A stretch of DNA of 31,923 bases from a virus (lineage: Duplodnaviria > Caudoviricetes): positions 1 to 31,923 of IMG/VR virus record IMGVR_UViG_3300027367_000006; one strand, given 5' to 3'. The notes beneath the pieces are model-generated. The model saw nothing but the letters and a program-made list of their open reading frames with translations. It made no database searches and was not told the DNA's origin. This document shows, one piece after another, positions 6,786 to 14,557 of the stretch. The translations under genes and the position numbers were made by a program. Numbering within the stretch: the stretch's first letter is position 1; each line of letters starts with the position of its first letter.

Positions 6786-7505
6786 ATGATGACAAAACCT
6801 AAACAGGTGTTAGTAGATGGTGATCCGTTTGCATATCGTGCAGCTTTCTCATGTGAGAACGATCCAGTTGAGGATGCACTAGATAAACTAGATGAGATAC
6901 TTGAGCAATCACTTAACGAAGTGATGTGGGAACTAGACCCTGAGCAGTATCAAGTATTCCTGACAGGCAAAGGTAACTTCAGGTACAAGTACTCTACTAC
7001 GCATGAGTACAAAGGTAACCGTAAGAACACAGAGAAACCTCAGCACCTACAAGCTATCCGTCAACACATGATAGATAACTGGGATGCTGTTGTATCCAAA
7101 GGTGAAGAGGCTGATGACCTATGTGGTATATGGGCTACTAACTATGGTAAAGAATCTATTGTCATATCTATAGACAAGGACATGCTGCAGATACCATGCT
7201 CACACTACAACCCCAACAAACGTACAATGACAGAGATGGGTGAGTTTGAAGGCTTACGTTTCTTCTATACTCAAATCCTAACAGGTGACAAGGCTGATAA
7301 CATCATAGGCTTGTATGGTATAGGTCCTAAGAAAGCTGACAAGATACTTGCTGACTGTACAACTGAGGCTGGTATGTACGAGGAATGCTTACGTTCCTAT
7401 GGTGGGGATGAGGCAAGGGTCATTGAGAATGCTAGACTACTCTGGCTTCGACGTTACGAGAACCAAATATGGGAGCCACCTAAATGCGTTTCAGATCAGG
7501 CTTAG
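6786..7505 (+). CDS. 5'-3' exonuclease (T7 gp6-like flap endonuclease family)
   Basis: LVDGD, YKGNR, EADD, SIDKDMLQIP, GDKADNIIGLYGIGPKKA motifs. Confidence 0.93.
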   Translation: MMTKPKQVLVDGDPFAYRAAFSCENDPVEDALDKLDEILEQSLNEVMWELDPEQYQVFLTGKGNFRYKYSTTHEYKGNRKNTEKPQHLQAIRQHMIDNWDAVVSKGEEADDLCGIWATNYGKESIVISIDKDMLQIPCSHYNPNKRTMTEMGEFEGLRFFYTQILTGDKADNIIGLYGIGPKKADKILADCTTEAGMYEECLRSYGGDEARVIENARLLWLRRYENQIWEPPKCVSDQA

Positions 7506-7855
7506 AGAAGAGGACAGCAGCCTACCTCAAGAAACTAAAGATTAAATTTGAATACGAAAAGATGCGTATCAAATGGCAAGACCTAAGATTTAAAACATAT
7601 ACCCCTGACTTTGTGCTTGACAATGGTATAATAATTGAGACCAAAGGGCGGTTCATTCACTCAGATAGAACCAAGCATTTAATGGTCAAGGCACAACACC
7701 CCGAACATGATATTCGTTTTGTATTCAGCAACCCTGCAGCTAAATTGTATAAGGGTTCTAAGACTACATATGGTGATTGGTGTGAGAAGAATGGATTCAA
7801 GTATGCTAAAGAAATTATTCCTGTCGAATGGACTAAAGAAAAGAAAAGAAGGTGA
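7484..7855 (+). CDS. Endonuclease I / Holliday junction resolvase (T7 gp3-like)
   Basis: FRSGLE, YTPDFVL, IETKGRF, IRFVF, WCEKNGF motifs. Confidence 0.93.
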   Translation: MRFRSGLEKRTAAYLKKLKIKFEYEKMRIKWQDLRFKTYTPDFVLDNGIIIETKGRFIHSDRTKHLMVKAQHPEHDIRFVFSNPAAKLYKGSKTTYGDWCEKNGFKYAKEIIPVEWTKEKKRR

Positions 7856-7884
7856 TTGACAATGTTTGATTTTGATAGTAAAAT
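7856..7884 (+). promoter_or_regulatory. Sigma70-type promoter for the nucleotide-metabolism cluster
   Basis: TTGACA-17 nt-TAAAAT, overlapping the start of ORF 7862. Confidence 0.7.
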
Positions 7885-8047
7885 TCGTGCTCTTGTCCAA
7901 AATTATGGGTTAGAACTTCTCCTTGAACAGAACGAAATATCAGAAGAGTTTGTGGTATCATGGCTTGTGGAAGAGAAAAGAATTGATGTCGAAGATTACT
8001 TTAATCTAGATGCAGAATTAGAAGAGTGGAAGAGGATAGAGGAATGA
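7862..8047 (+). CDS. Hypothetical acidic protein, 61 aa
   Basis: ATG 7862 after AAGGTG; ATGA overlap with the MazG-like gene. Confidence 0.7.
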   Translation: MFDFDSKIRALVQNYGLELLLEQNEISEEFVVSWLVEEKRIDVEDYFNLDAELEEWKRIEE

Positions 8048-8373
8048 GTAAAGTAAAAACATTAGATGAGTATCAAAGGGCAGCTGCAACCACAGCTATA
8101 TACCCTGAGAATAGAGCATTAGAATATTTAAGTTTAGGTTTGTCAGCTGAGGTTGGTGAGCTTACAGGTAAGTTAGCTAAGTGGTATCGTAAAGATGAGA
8201 TGGCATACCCACATGGTGACGTATTAGATGAGCTAGGTGATGTACTGTGGTTTGTCAGTGAGTTTGCTAGGCAACATAACACCAGCTTATCTAAGTTAGC
8301 AAATAGGAATATTAGTAAGTTGTCAGATAGATATGAACGTGGTGTTCTTAAAGGATCAGGAGATAAGAGATGA
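8044..8373 (+). CDS. mazG: MazG-like nucleotide pyrophosphohydrolase
   Basis: YQRAA...LGLSAEVGEL...DELGDVLWF...NISKLSDRYERGVLKGSGDKR; start at ATG 8044. Confidence 0.85.
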   Translation: MSKVKTLDEYQRAAATTAIYPENRALEYLSLGLSAEVGELTGKLAKWYRKDEMAYPHGDVLDELGDVLWFVSEFARQHNTSLSKLANRNISKLSDRYERGVLKGSGDKR

Positions 8374-8561
8374 AAGCATTCGGACGTTGGTGGTATAGGT
8401 TTATTAACTACATGATTACATGGCAGCTACATAGAGATGCAGTTAAGCATTTAAATAAGTTGACAGATAGGGAGTTAAAAGATATAGGTCTTACTCGTGG
8501 AGAAATTGATCGTATGATCTGGTTCAAAGAAGACAAGAAAGATAGAGGGACAAAAGAATGA
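8370..8561 (+). CDS. DUF1127 (YjiS-like) small protein
   Basis: HLNKLTDRELKDIGLTRGEI matches the LxxLxDxxLxDIGLxRxxI signature. Confidence 0.85.
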   Translation: MKAFGRWWYRFINYMITWQLHRDAVKHLNKLTDRELKDIGLTRGEIDRMIWFKEDKKDRGTKE

Positions 8562-10453
8562 ACAACTACTTACCAACAGATTACCAAGCATTTATACATA
8601 AGTCACGGTATGCTAAATACTACGAAGGTAAAGGCCGTGAGTCTTGGGGCGACACAGTAGATAGGTACATGGATAATATTGTAGGTAACTTAGCTGACAT
8701 AGTTACCAAGAAAGAAATCAAAGAAGCTATACTAAACTTAGCTGTTATGCCTAGCATGAGATCATTGATGACAGCAGGTAAGGCTGCAGAACGTGACAAT
8801 ACATGTATGTATAACTGTTCATACTTAGCTGTCGATGATGTTAAGGCATTCGATGAGGCTATGTTTATTCTACTGTGTGGTACAGGTGTTGGGTTCTCAG
8901 TTGAACGTCAGTCAGTACAGAAGCTACCTGAAGTACCAACCTTATTTGTCAGTGAGACTAACATAGTTGTCAAAGACAGTAAGGAAGGTTGGGCTAAGGC
9001 TCTACGTCAGATGATCGCATTACTTTACAGTGGTGAAATACCAACATGGGATGTATCTAAAGTTAGACCTGCAGGTGCACCTCTTAAAACGTTTGGTGGT
9101 AGAGCATCAGGACCTGCTCCATTGGTTGACCTGTTCACCTTTGTCATCAAGACATTTAAAGATGCACAAGGACGTAGGCTATCCTCTCTTGAGTGCCATG
9201 ACATTATGTGTAAGATAGGCGAAGTAGTGGTGGTAGGCGGTGTACGCCGTAGTGCTATGATTTCATTGAGTAATTTATCAGATGACCGTATGCGTCATGC
9301 TAAGTCAGGTTCATGGTGGGACAACGATCCACAACGAGCATTAGCTAACAACTCTGTGTCATACACTGAGAAGCCTGACAGCTTATCGTTCATGAGAGAA
9401 TGGATGGCCTTAGTTGAATCAGGTTCAGGTGAACGAGGTATCTTCAACAGGCAAGCATCTAAGGTACAAGCTGCTAAGAATGGTAGGCGTGATGCTGACC
9501 ATGACTTCGGGACTAACCCATGCAGTGAAATAATTTTAAGACCGTCACAATTCTGTAACTTAACAGAGGTGGTTGTAAGAGCAACAGACACACTAGACAC
9601 CTTAAGTGAGAAGGTAAGGCTTGCAACTATCTTAGGTACTATTCAATCTAACTACACTAAGTTCCCATACTTACGTAAGGTCTGGAAGAATAACACCGAA
9701 GAAGAAAGACTACTTGGTGTGTCGTTAACAGGTGTCATGGATAATCCATTGATGACACTCAAAAACAAAGGATTGGAGAAGACTCTTGACCATCTTAAAC
9801 AAATCGCCGTTACTACTAATGCTACTTGGGCTGAACGCCTTAATATCCCTGTCAGTACTGCTATCAGCTGTAATAAACCAAGCGGTACTGTCAGCCAATT
9901 GGTTGACTCTAGCAGTGGCATTCATGCTCGTCACTCAGCCTATTATATTAGGACTGTTCGTGGAGACAACAAAGACCCGTTGACACAATTCATGATTGAC
10001 CAAGGTATTCCTAATGAGCCAGATGTAATGAAGCCAGATGCTACAACAGTATTTAGTTTCCCTATGAAAGCTCCTAGGGATGCTGTGGTTACAGCTGACA
10101 TGACAGCCATTGAACAACTTGAGATGTGGTTAGCTTATCAACGATCATGGTGTGAACACAAACCATCTGTTACAATTAATGTTAAGAGTGATGAGTGGTT
10201 TGAAGTAGGAGCATTCGTATACAAACACTTTGATGAGATGAGTGGTGTGTCATTCCTACCGTTCAACGAACATACATACCAACAAGCACCATACCAAGAT
10301 GTTGACAAAAAGAAATACTTAGAGACACTAGGTCAGATGCCTAACAAGATTGATTGGTCATTACTGTCAGATTACGAGAACGAAGACAATACAGCTGGAA
10401 GTCAGACAATGGCATGTAGTGGTGACGTTTGTGAGATGGTAGACTTAACTTAG
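8558..10453 (+). CDS. nrdJ: Class II adenosylcobalamin-dependent ribonucleotide reductase (monomeric RTPR type)
   Basis: PSMR, YNCS, GTGVGFSVE, GGVRRSA, TNPCSEI, KPSGTVSQL, C-terminal ACSGDVCE; no ATP-cone and no adjacent class I beta subunit. Confidence 0.92.
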   Translation: MNNYLPTDYQAFIHKSRYAKYYEGKGRESWGDTVDRYMDNIVGNLADIVTKKEIKEAILNLAVMPSMRSLMTAGKAAERDNTCMYNCSYLAVDDVKAFDEAMFILLCGTGVGFSVERQSVQKLPEVPTLFVSETNIVVKDSKEGWAKALRQMIALLYSGEIPTWDVSKVRPAGAPLKTFGGRASGPAPLVDLFTFVIKTFKDAQGRRLSSLECHDIMCKIGEVVVVGGVRRSAMISLSNLSDDRMRHAKSGSWWDNDPQRALANNSVSYTEKPDSLSFMREWMALVESGSGERGIFNRQASKVQAAKNGRRDADHDFGTNPCSEIILRPSQFCNLTEVVVRATDTLDTLSEKVRLATILGTIQSNYTKFPYLRKVWKNNTEEERLLGVSLTGVMDNPLMTLKNKGLEKTLDHLKQIAVTTNATWAERLNIPVSTAISCNKPSGTVSQLVDSSSGIHARHSAYYIRTVRGDNKDPLTQFMIDQGIPNEPDVMKPDATTVFSFPMKAPRDAVVTADMTAIEQLEMWLAYQRSWCEHKPSVTINVKSDEWFEVGAFVYKHFDEMSGVSFLPFNEHTYQQAPYQDVDKKKYLETLGQMPNKIDWSLLSDYENEDNTAGSQTMACSGDVCEMVDLT

Positions 10454-10485
10454 TGTTGACATCAGTAGGTATATATGTTGTAGTA

Positions 10486-10519
10486 ATATTAGCCCTTGGT
10501 TTATTCCAAGGGTTAGTAT
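10486..10519 (+). promoter_or_regulatory. 14-bp hairpin downstream of nrdJ (processing/stability element or weak terminator)
   Basis: ATATTAGCCCTTGG-TTTATT-CCAAGGGTTAGTAT, no U-tract. Confidence 0.5.
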
Positions 10520-10545
10520 AAAGTATTAGAGTAAAGGGAATACAA

Positions 10546-11004
10546 ATGGCAGTTAAAAGACAATTCAGTAGGGCATTGTATGAGGCATATGATGGTAAGG
10601 CTAAAGACAGATTAGTTGAGTACCTCACCAGTGTAGGCCATACTATTGTCAGTACTGAAGAGAACTTCAATGTGGATGTTGTATCTCAGAAAGGTGACTA
10701 CACCTACTTCAATGAGGCTGAGGTTAAGACAGGTTGGAAGGGTGATTGGAATACTAACTGGGCAGAGATAAGATTACCTGAACGTAAGGGTAGGCTTGTC
10801 AAACTATACAAAGAAAAGAATGGTGTGCTTAACTTCTATATCTTCAGGGCTGACATGCAGCAAGCATGGAGAATTAAAGACACCTTACTAACAGAAGAAA
10901 GCCTGAAGGAAGCTAAGGGTAGATACATTACCAAAGGTGAGAAGTTCTTCCATATTCCATACACAGATGCTGAATTAATTAACTTAGAGAAAGAAGATGT
11001 ATAA
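10546..11004 (+). CDS. Putative PD-(D/E)xK nuclease-fold protein
   Basis: NVDVV...NEAEVK spacing resembles the (P)D...ExK active site; AAGGGA RBS. Confidence 0.5.
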   Translation: MAVKRQFSRALYEAYDGKAKDRLVEYLTSVGHTIVSTEENFNVDVVSQKGDYTYFNEAEVKTGWKGDWNTNWAEIRLPERKGRLVKLYKEKNGVLNFYIFRADMQQAWRIKDTLLTEESLKEAKGRYITKGEKFFHIPYTDAELINLEKEDV

Positions 11005-11264
11005 TGGCTAAATGGAATTTAGATGCTGTACGTGATGAGGTAGAGGATGATGTTGTCAACCAACCACCACACTACGGTAACGGTAGGATAGAATGCATAG
11101 AGTATATGAGGGACAACATGGATCACATGATGTTCATGGGTTACCTAGAAGGTAATGCTAAGAAGTACATGCATAGGTACAGGTACAAAGGTAAACCTGT
11201 AGAAGACCTAAGGAAAGCCAAATGGTACTTAGAATATCTTATACGAGAGATGTCACAAGAGTAA
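11004..11264 (+). CDS. DUF3310 protein (T7 gp1.7 nucleotide-kinase-related)
   Basis: DVVNQPPHY...IECIE...GNAKKYMHRYRYKG...EDLRKAKWYL. Confidence 0.88.
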   Translation: MAKWNLDAVRDEVEDDVVNQPPHYGNGRIECIEYMRDNMDHMMFMGYLEGNAKKYMHRYRYKGKPVEDLRKAKWYLEYLIREMSQE

Positions 11265-11265
11265 T

Positions 11266-11305
11266 AAAAAAGCCCCTCAGGATTTCTCCTTGGGGCTTCT
11301 TCTTT
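11266..11305. terminator. Bidirectional rho-independent terminator between convergent genome arms
   Basis: A6-GCCCC(TC)AGGA-TTTC-TCCT(T)GGGGC-TTCTTCTTT; all genes on either side point toward it. Confidence 0.88.
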
Positions 11306-11393
11306 ATTTCTTCTTCATTGGTTTCTTTTTAACAGGTTTCTTTTTATTTGTACCCTTACCGTAGGGAACTTTCTTTCCGTTCTTGTATGGCAT
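11304..11393 (-). CDS. Lys-rich 29-aa peptide (not in ORF track)
   Basis: AAGGAG RBS 7 nt upstream; MPYKNGKKVPYGKGTNKKKPVKKKPMKKK. Confidence 0.7.
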   Translation of the reverse strand: MPYKNGKKVPYGKGTNKKKPVKKKPMKKK

Positions 11394-11405
11394 AACGTTT
11401 CTCCT

Positions 11406-11567
11406 TTATTGTTTAGCCGCCCACATATTGTCAATCATGTTAGGGTATTTTCTACCAGCTCTAGATGCTCTAGCTCTAGCCTTTTTCTTCTGTCCATCTG
11501 TCAACGGTTTAGATTTACCTAAAGACTTAGGACGTTTCTTTTTCCATACGGGTTGTTTATTAGCCAT
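11406..11567 (-). CDS. Very basic 53-aa protein (not in ORF track)
   Basis: TAATG coupling; MANKQPVWKKKRPKSLGKSKPLTDGQKKKARARASRAGRKYPNMIDNMWAAKQ. Confidence 0.75.
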   Translation of the reverse strand: MANKQPVWKKKRPKSLGKSKPLTDGQKKKARARASRAGRKYPNMIDNMWAAKQ

Positions 11568-11818
11568 TACCACTTCACCTTGTTAGCCCAGTAAGCTGCA
11601 CTCATCTTACCTTTTTTAATGTTCTTAGCATGACGTGCCTTGAATGCTTTATTTCTAGCTGATCCTTTCGGACTACCTTTGACACCCTTCTGCCCAAACC
11701 TAATTACCTTTTCTTTACCACCAGCACAAGCCTTAACAACATGTGACTTAGTTTTGTGACTTGGTGTAGTCCTAGGGGAGTTACACTTCATCTTAGCTTT
11801 GTTAAGTTTCTTAGGCAC
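11567..11818 (-). CDS. Basic conserved phage protein (IRFGQ...FKARH...SAAYWA type)
   Basis: GTG 11818 with GAGGT RBS (alternative ATG 11833); motif pattern recalled from marine phage hypotheticals. Confidence 0.75.
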   Translation of the reverse strand: MPKKLNKAKMKCNSPRTTPSHKTKSHVVKACAGGKEKVIRFGQKGVKGSPKGSARNKAFKARHAKNIKKGKMSAAYWANKVKW

Positions 11819-11832
11819 GTTCTTACCTCTCA

Positions 11833-12288
11833 TTAGTTAAGTGGGTTGTCTACTAGGGAATCATAGGCTTTCCATATATCATCTATTTCTGTTTGGTATT
11901 TGTCAAGCTTATCACCCAAACTATCAGTGATCCCAGTCGATCTCTCAACTTGACTACGTAAGTCAAGCAAGTCTTTCTGTTGTTCCAAGATTGTTTGCAT
12001 CTGCGTACTAATCGTTGACAACCTTGTGTTAAGTCCTCTAACATCATTATCTTGTACCGCCTGTTCTAGTGTTTGTATACGAGAACCTAAGTCCCCTGCT
12101 GTTTTATCGAATGTTCCTGACTTAGTGACAACTGTCTCAATGCCTGACTCAACAGCATAGAACCTTTGTAATGTGTCATAGCCGTAGTATATACCACCAC
12201 TAAGAGAACCTAATATGGGTAGGGCAGCAGCTATGTACCACCCTTTGAATGTAAACCCACCAACTTTTACTTCAGCATCTTCTATCAT
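11833..12288 (-). CDS. Single-pass membrane protein with long coiled coil
   Basis: TM WYIAAALPILGSLSGGIYYGY, then heptad-rich helix to the C-terminus; ATGA coupling. Confidence 0.8.
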   Translation of the reverse strand: MIEDAEVKVGGFTFKGWYIAAALPILGSLSGGIYYGYDTLQRFYAVESGIETVVTKSGTFDKTAGDLGSRIQTLEQAVQDNDVRGLNTRLSTISTQMQTILEQQKDLLDLRSQVERSTGITDSLGDKLDKYQTEIDDIWKAYDSLVDNPLN

Positions 12289-13109
12289 GGCTGAGGATCG
12301 TTGTTAGCTAATGAACCGTGTTGCATTATGTAAGTAGCAGCACCGTAGATGTCATCAGCATCCTTCATTTCACTTGTTAAGTAACCGTTCCAACCTGTAG
12401 CATTACCGTAGTTATCCCATGTAATGACAAACTCGTCAACACTTTGTGTGTATGTTAAGGCTGAGTAGTTACCTATGACAATGCTGTTCTGTGCTGCATA
12501 ACTGTCAATGCTTGCTGTAAGGCTGTCAGTATTAGCAGCTGCCATGAATGCACCAGCTTGTTGAGCATACCCTTCAACAGAATCTAATGCTTGGTTGTAT
12601 GTAGCTACTTCAGCTGCATCTATAGAGTACTCATCTGTAGAAAGCATGTCTTGTAGAGCTACCTGTTCAGGTGCTGTGTCAGCTTCCATTGCAACTTCAG
12701 CAACTGACGTAGCTGTCATAAGAACATCTGTAGCATCAACTAATGTGTCAACAGCTAAGGCTAGGTTGTTCATAGCAGCTACATGTTCTTGTACGAAGAG
12801 CTGTTCAGCTGTTGTAGCTGTAGCATAATCATGTTGCATTACCTGATCAACAGCATCTAAGTAAGCTGTAAGCATAGAACTAGAAATATGACCATCATCT
12901 AATGATCCATCTACTATGACACCACCAACTTCAGCATAACCTGTAGCACCAACACCCAACTGAATTGACAACTGTAGTCTGTTATCTATAACATTAATAC
13001 TATCAATCAGTGCTTGTAGTTTCTCTTCCCCTGTCTGTGCGTTTGCTTGTCCTGAAACGGTCACTAAGACTGAGCTTGCTAACAGTAGTTTTTTCATCTG
13101 ACTCTTCAT
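12285..13109 (-). CDS. Secreted acidic helical protein of unknown function
   Basis: Sec signal MKKLLLASSVLVTVSGQANA|Q; Ala/Asp-rich mature part with no Cys. Confidence 0.8.
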   Translation of the reverse strand: MKSQMKKLLLASSVLVTVSGQANAQTGEEKLQALIDSINVIDNRLQLSIQLGVGATGYAEVGGVIVDGSLDDGHISSSMLTAYLDAVDQVMQHDYATATTAEQLFVQEHVAAMNNLALAVDTLVDATDVLMTATSVAEVAMEADTAPEQVALQDMLSTDEYSIDAAEVATYNQALDSVEGYAQQAGAFMAAANTDSLTASIDSYAAQNSIVIGNYSALTYTQSVDEFVITWDNYGNATGWNGYLTSEMKDADDIYGAATYIMQHGSLANNDPQP

Positions 13110-13716
13110 TTGATTCTATGTCCTCTCCTACCTTTAACAAGGTGTCCCAAAATTGTTTGTCATCAACATACCCCACCACATAAACGGAAGGATTCTCTCT
13201 ATACTTTAGTAAAGCATTCTTACCCATAAGAAGTTTACCAGTTTTGAAATCGTTTACAGGGCAGGGCGTATTAGCTAAAACCATCGCCTTAAATACAGCT
13301 GGATCAGCACATAAAATACTGATGCCAGAAATCTGCAAACCTAAACCTCCTACTTGCTGAGGTGCTCCTAAAAGCCTAGCATTCTTACGTCTGTTACAGG
13401 AGTTATCTTGCTGCATACCACCTGATGACAAGCCTATGACACTTAACTGTATACCTACAGAACTTGGCATTAAGCATGAGTCGTTACCACCGCCACCCAT
13501 AATCGTAGGTGCTATACTGGACATGACAGGAGCTTTATCCCCTGCACCTGTCGCATTGTAGTTGTTGGTAACAGTTTCGTCTGTGTTGTTACTGTCTACT
13601 GTACTGTCTTGGTAATTATTACTGAAGTCACCTGTAACATCATTGGCTAGTACACTGGTCACCAAGAACATCTTTAAGATTAGAGTCTTGGCACATAAGC
13701 TGAACAGCTGCTTCAT
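13003..13716 (-). CDS. Secreted Cys-containing protein of unknown function
   Basis: Signal-like ...KMFLVTSVLA|ND, Asn/Thr-rich linker, APT...NDSC, CNRRKNA, LCAD, TPCP motifs; start uncertain (ATG 13716 chosen). Confidence 0.75.
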   Translation of the reverse strand: MKQLFSLCAKTLILKMFLVTSVLANDVTGDFSNNYQDSTVDSNNTDETVTNNYNATGAGDKAPVMSSIAPTIMGGGGNDSCLMPSSVGIQLSVIGLSSGGMQQDNSCNRRKNARLLGAPQQVGGLGLQISGISILCADPAVFKAMVLANTPCPVNDFKTGKLLMGKNALLKYRENPSVYVVGYVDDKQFWDTLLKVGEDIESNEESDEKTTVSKLSLSDRFRTSKRTDRGRETTSTD

Positions 13717-13858
13717 CTTTACCGATAAGAGATAGTGTTTGTGCATTTAAATTTCTTTGACATTTAGGCTCGTTGTTAGGACATACCGAAGGGAACTGTA
13801 TTGTTGTGGACGTACAGGCAATCAATACCAAAACTAATACGAGGTAATATTTAATCAC
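13640..13858 (-). CDS. Small lipoprotein (o-spanin-like position)
   Basis: MIKYYLVLVLVLIA|C lipobox-like; four further Cys. Confidence 0.7.
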   Translation of the reverse strand: MIKYYLVLVLVLIACTSTTIQFPSVCPNNEPKCQRNLNAQTLSLIGKDEAAVQLMCQDSNLKDVLGDQCTSQ

Positions 13859-14117
13859 GTCTGCTGTCTTCCATCATAATCCTGATTGACTTAATGTTCT
13901 CATCAATACGAGCTAGGGTTAAAGCTTGTGTTTGTACAATCTTATCGAGGGTTTCGATACGTACTTCATGACGTAGTATCTCACGAGTGTTGTTCTTAAC
14001 GGAGTTGTCAAGTGATGACACATACCATACAAGGGCTATAGTTTGACAGATGATAGCTACTACTAGAGTAACAGGTACTGTCTTCGATAAGTGCCAATCT
14101 GTATCTTTGTCCATCAT
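13851..14117 (-). CDS. Membrane protein with N-terminal TM and coiled coil (holin- or i-spanin-like)
   Basis: Start at ATG 14117 (ATGA overlap); TM VPVTLVVAIICQTIALVWYV; coiled coil ending LARIDENIKSIR. Confidence 0.7.
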   Translation of the reverse strand: MMDKDTDWHLSKTVPVTLVVAIICQTIALVWYVSSLDNSVKNNTREILRHEVRIETLDKIVQTQALTLARIDENIKSIRIMMEDSRRD

Positions 14118-14557
14118 TTTGTAAACCCTGCTCCGAAGTATAGGCCAACAATAGCTGACACAATGTGAGTATCTAGTGGTGTTATGACAAAGCCAGAGGC
14201 AGCTTGCCATCTTACAGTTTCGTTAGCACCAAGCAGCCAGTTAATAATACCACCCTCAACTTCAGTGTAACCTACGATAACGTTTATCTCAGGGTAGAAT
14301 ACAGCAACTAACTTAGGTAGTACAATGATAGCAAACACAGCTGATAGAGCTATAAGCCTACGTGTCCAAGCAAAGTGTTTGTCAGTCTTACCAGCTTCAC
14401 GAGCTATGTTAACTTGTTCAGCATTGAAGTTAGCTCGTTCCATGAGCATCTTGTTGTTCTCTTGTTTAGCCTTAATGCTTTGACCCCATATGGACATGAC
14501 CCCACCGAGAACGGTAGAGCCTAGCATTGTAATTAGTTCTAATGGTAATCCAAACAT
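14114..14557 (-). CDS. Putative three-TM holin
   Basis: Three hydrophobic segments, WTRRLIAL and terminal IVSAIVGLYFG similar to 3TM holins; follows the muralytic virion gene. Confidence 0.6.
   Translation of the reverse strand: MFGLPLELITMLGSTVLGGVMSIWGQSIKAKQENNKMLMERANFNAEQVNIAREAGKTDKHFAWTRRLIALSAVFAIIVLPKLVAVFYPEINVIVGYTEVEGGIINWLLGANETVRWQAASGFVITPLDTHIVSAIVGLYFGAGFTK

Noticed and set aside
10462-10485. NrdR box-like AT-rich sequence after nrdJ
   Set aside because: Poor match to the palindromic consensus, single copy and downstream of the gene.
11383-11586. + strand 67-aa hydrophobic ORF in the track
   Set aside because: Antisense shadow of Lys-rich - strand genes, located beyond the + arm terminator and lacking an RBS.
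14118-14210. Upstream extensions given in the ORF track (also 1391, 2380, 4175, 8026, 13746)
   Set aside because: Downstream ATGs with stop/start coupling or a better RBS are more plausible than long overlaps from alternative start codons.
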